Assembly: GCF_009914755.1 (NCBI RefSeq)
Contig: NC_060935.1
Source of the DNA: the human T2T-CHM13v2.0 reference genome, Homo sapiens
Direction: 5' to 3' (one strand)
Length of the DNA stretch: 64,000 bases
The notes under the pieces are model-generated. The model searched no databases. It saw only the letters and a program-made list of their open reading frames with translations, and was not told the origin of the DNA. The position numbers were made by a program, and so were the translations under genes. Positions 59,659 through 64,000 of this stretch are shown piece after piece; position 1 is the first letter of the stretch; each line of letters starts with the position of its first letter.

Positions 59659-62429
59659 GTTTGAGAAAATAGGCAGTTCAATAAACCTTTTATAGTGGTA
59701 TAAACTTATATACCCCTTTTAGAAAATAATTTGAAAAAATGTATTGAAAAAGCGTGCGTATTTTGACTTAGCAGTACTGACATTGGCAACCTGTAGTACA
59801 ATAATACTTGAAAGTGTTCAAGAACTCAAATAATAATGTCAGCATAATTTGTGAGAATTAATAATTCGAAACCAATTAAATACCTTAAATAATCATTAAT
59901 AAAAAAGAAGTTAAATAAATTGTCATATCTTCATACTATGCCATTTTGTACAGATATTTTTAAAAGTATATGTTAGATCTTCCAATACTGACTTGAAAAG
60001 CTATCCATGACAGTCTAAGTGAAAAAATAATTATATAGTCAAAGTATACATAGTATGGTAAATCAATTTTCCAAAGGGAAAAATAAAAAGTTTGTGCATG
60101 TGTATTTGTCTATTCATAAAGACAAACCCACCAAAGGGTGGGTTTATATACTGAAGTGTTGCTTGTATATTCTGAAAGCATATTTTCTTCTTGAAATTAA
60201 AAAATCTATATAAATATGTTAATTTCTTATTTTACACTCACTAGACCTTAGCCAGGATTCAAATTATGCAAAACTTGTATTCTATCTTTTAAGATTTTAC
60301 AATTTTATAGAAAAATAGACAAAATATTTCATAAACAATTGTGAACATTAGAATGTTGACTACACCAACATAAGAAAGGGAGAGGATACATGACTCTACA
60401 TTTAATCTCAATTTGGAATGGTGTTGCTAAGGGTAGTTGCAATGTTTGTGCGGAAGTGTGGGTGAATGATAGGTGCAGAATCAGCTGCCTTTCAATGCCA
60501 AGATCACGTGGTATTCATTCTGTACGGAGACCCACAGGAGTTGCTAACCAAGTGCAGCCTTTTGCTGATAGGGATCTCTTTTAAGCTTTTCTCAGGTCTT
60601 GGATCAAAGGAAGCAATCTTTCTAAACTATAAATTTGATCTCACTTTGTCTTTCTCTTACTTAAAAAAAAAAAAAAAAAAGCTTTAGAAGTCTCCACACT
60701 GTTTTCAGAATACTGTCAAGTCCAAACTCCTTAGCTTCTTGTGCCAAGACCTTCACAATCTGTCCCCAGTTTAATTTTTCCACCTTTATTTTGCACTACT
60801 TCCCATTCACTTTCCTCTCACAACACGTTACTCATTTTTTCCTGAACTTTGACAAGCACTTTTAAACTTTCATGCCTTTTTTCACACAGTTTTCTCACTA
60901 ATGCCTTTAATTACACCCCTCTGTCCTTATCTACCTGCTGTACTCAAGGCCTAGCTTAATGTCACCTCTTTGAATCCCTCCTTGATTCCCATAGGCAAAA
61001 TTAATTTCTCCCATGCCCTCTGTTTTCTGAAAGTCTCAGTAATTACTTCTATCTTAGAAACAATGTTTACACATCAAATTAAAGTTAATCAAATTAAAGT
61101 TAATTATTTGCATTACTCATTATCATTTTTCCCAATTAATGATGAATTGCTGGTATCATGTCTTATTCATCTCTGCATGAAGTAATGCATGTATAACCCG
61201 GCAACCTGGCGTCCAATAAGCCCTTGATATATGGAGCTATTATTTTGTTGTTTATATTAGTGGTGCCACCTCAAATGTATATTACAAGACTTGGCATAGC
61301 ACATACTTTAAAGACTTCTCTGTCAGCTAAACCCTGGTTGAAAACAGTACTGTGACGTTGCTCACCCCTGTGCTTTTGGGAACCCTAAAGTCTTTATCTT
61401 CCCTACTTTTAGCATATCATGCTGCTAATTATCTTTATATCTTCATTTAGTTTGTCATTTGTTCCAGAAGTACTTATTTAACACCCGTTATAAACCAGAT
61501 AGTTTGCTAGACACTGAGGATATAGAATTAAATAAGATGAAAATTATTTCTGCCTTCCTGAAGCTTATCATCTAGCAGGGAAAATAATAATTAAACACAA
61601 GACTATGTAATTAAAATTTCATATCTGTTCTGCAGGAAAATCATAGGGCATTGTGAATAATTATTTTAAAAAGCTCTGACTTCATCATATGGGTTAAAGA
61701 AATCTCCTTGAGGAAGTAATATTTAGGCTGATATCCAAATAATGGGCAAAAATTAAGTAGAAAAAAATGACCAGGGATGGTGATGGAGGTGGGAAGATGG
61801 GAAAGAATTTCAGACAAAGAGAACTAAACCCAGAAAAGTAGTCAGCATGTTTTATAGAGCCAAGTTGTTCAATAATGAGTATAACTGTAATTCTCAGTGG
61901 TACGTAAATCCTGGCCTTTTGCTCAGTATTCCCGGACCTGAAACCTATTTTCAATATTTCCCTTCAAACCTATGCCTGATCCCCATGGACCATGTTCCTA
62001 CTCAGACTCTTCTTTCTGGTTGCAATGTTCCATCTCTCAGTTTCAAATTTTACCCATCCTTCCAGAGCCAATTCTAATCCTGAGGTTCTATCTTATCCAG
62101 CTCACCTGGCAACAATGACACTTTCCTCTCTATCATTTCCATGTCACTTTATTTCCATCTATCTCACTATCTATATCTATATATGCAATTCATATTTGAT
62201 TTGTCTCTACACCCCCTTCTTGAAAAGAGGTCTGGCAGAATCCCTGTACCAAGTACATATTTAATATATTTTTATTGAATAAAAATGGCTTTTAATGAGT
62301 CATGTGTAACACTGATGAAGTAACTAAGAGGGGGCATCAAATGTCTACAGAGTTTAAAAAGCGAAACTATTCAGTCAAACGTTTGTTTAGTTAGAAGTTG
62401 AATGTGCATTTATCACATGTATTGTTGGA

Positions 62430-62467
62430 GGCCAGTTAGCTCAGTTGGTTAGAGTGTGGTGCTAATA
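62430..62467 (+). pseudogene. tRNA-Ile(AAT) 5'-half retropseudogene (non-functional)
   Basis: GGCCAGTTAGCTCAGTTGGTTAGAGTGTGGTGCTAATA matches 36/38 nt of the recalled tRNA-Ile-AAT 5' half; both mismatches are CpG decay; no T-arm or 3' acceptor strand. Confidence 0.85.
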
Positions 62468-63397
62468 CCATGTGTAGCATGTAAGGTTGCAAACTTTGCA
62501 AACAAGGAAGCATGAGAAAATCGACACAATTCTTGCAACCACAGTTGGAAATCAAGAGCACAGACGTGTAGCCTAGTACTTCAGTGTTTCCCTACTACTA
62601 CCCCTTCCTCCACACACATATTATGACAAAGACATTTACTTCTATTAGTTTTTAAATAAAAATTCTAAAATTAACCTAGCTCTCTCCCTCTGAGTACCTT
62701 CAGAAATCTATGGTTTGTGGAAGCCATGACACTATTTTCTTGTGCAAGGTTAGCATAATTCAGAAGGACAAGTACAGTCTCCTCCTTTAGCTCTGAGGCT
62801 GAGAGAGGCATGTATGTCTCTGGGTTATGGGACCAACCTCTTTCTCCTGAGTCTACTTAAAAAGAAATATTGAAAGATCTCACTCTATCATTATCTTCCC
62901 CTTGAAGCATCAGTACATCTTCCTTCTGACATGAAACTTTATTTTTCTTTGGGCAAATTGAGGGACTCACATCTCTCTTAATTTCAAACCTTTGGGATAA
63001 GATAGCCATGTTGTCCAGAGCTCTGGGTTGGTCAATAATGATCTTGGAGAGTAAGGACTTAGTGTTTTCAAAATTTGGTGTCTGCAGAGGTTCCTTTGCT
63101 GTACATTGAGAAAAAACCCTAATCTATGGTCACAGAATGAACTGCTAACCTTGGCTGGGCATCTTATAAATGTGGGCCTTTGGTCATAAGTGTGCAAAAC
63201 AGGAAAACTATTGATCATGTATCAGTGGCCCCTTTTTTACCTGGAAAGGATGTACAGTGTGTAGAATTTTTAAAATGGGGAAGAATTTCTTCCCCAACTC
63301 CACCACAACCTGTCGTAGGAAATTCTATGCCAAGGTGTTTTCATCTCTCTTTAAGTACAGTAAAATAAAAAAATTTAAAATGAAAATAATGCGAATG

Positions 63398-63856
<459 letters not shown>

Positions 63857-64000
63857 TTAAGGATTCAGTCAGCTGAATCATAGGAGTACATAAAAAAGAA
63901 ATTTTCTCAACAGAGGAAACTTCACTTGATCATGAGAACAGGAAATATGTTAGTCTCAGGTTCAGATTGCACCAAATGGTTTATATTCTCATCGAAACTG

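Noticed and set aside
60124-60145. 9-bp hairpins (60124-60145; also 7880-7902)
   Set aside because: Stems this short are expected by chance in 64 kb.
62430-62500. Functional tRNA-Ile gene
   Set aside because: Only the 5' 38 nt are present; no B box, T-arm or 3' acceptor strand.

Overview
Primate (almost certainly human) genomic DNA containing the 5' half of CTSC (cathepsin C / dipeptidyl peptidase I) on the minus strand. The CpG-island promoter and ATG lie at 30691, with coding exons 1-4 at 30520-30691, 27958-28103, 5402-5568 and 2178-2333; the rest of the gene lies left of the window. Intron 2 holds an alternative 85-nt exon and an alternative terminal exon with two acceptors, giving truncated 137-aa and 141-aa products without the catalytic domain. 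Positions ~31-64 kb are repeat-rich upstream DNA with no other supportable protein-coding gene; most other ORFs in the supplied track are Alu, L1, LTR or low-complexity artefacts. I found no evidence of a wholly new biological system. The most interesting structures are: a piggyBac MITE (MER85) inserted at TTAA inside a 5'-inverted L1 whose arms overlap by ~200 bp, both within a candidate long 3'UTR of the short isoforms; a ~379-bp tandem duplication that created a chimeric Alu with mismatched TSDs; a tailless tRNA-Ile 5'-half retrocopy; a nested LTR>MER30>AluY stack; a full-length MaLR provirus plus an LTR8 pointing at the CTSC promoter; and a palindromic double AP-1 site in intron 2. Repeat subfamily names come from recalled consensus sequences and need RepeatMasker/Dfam confirmation.
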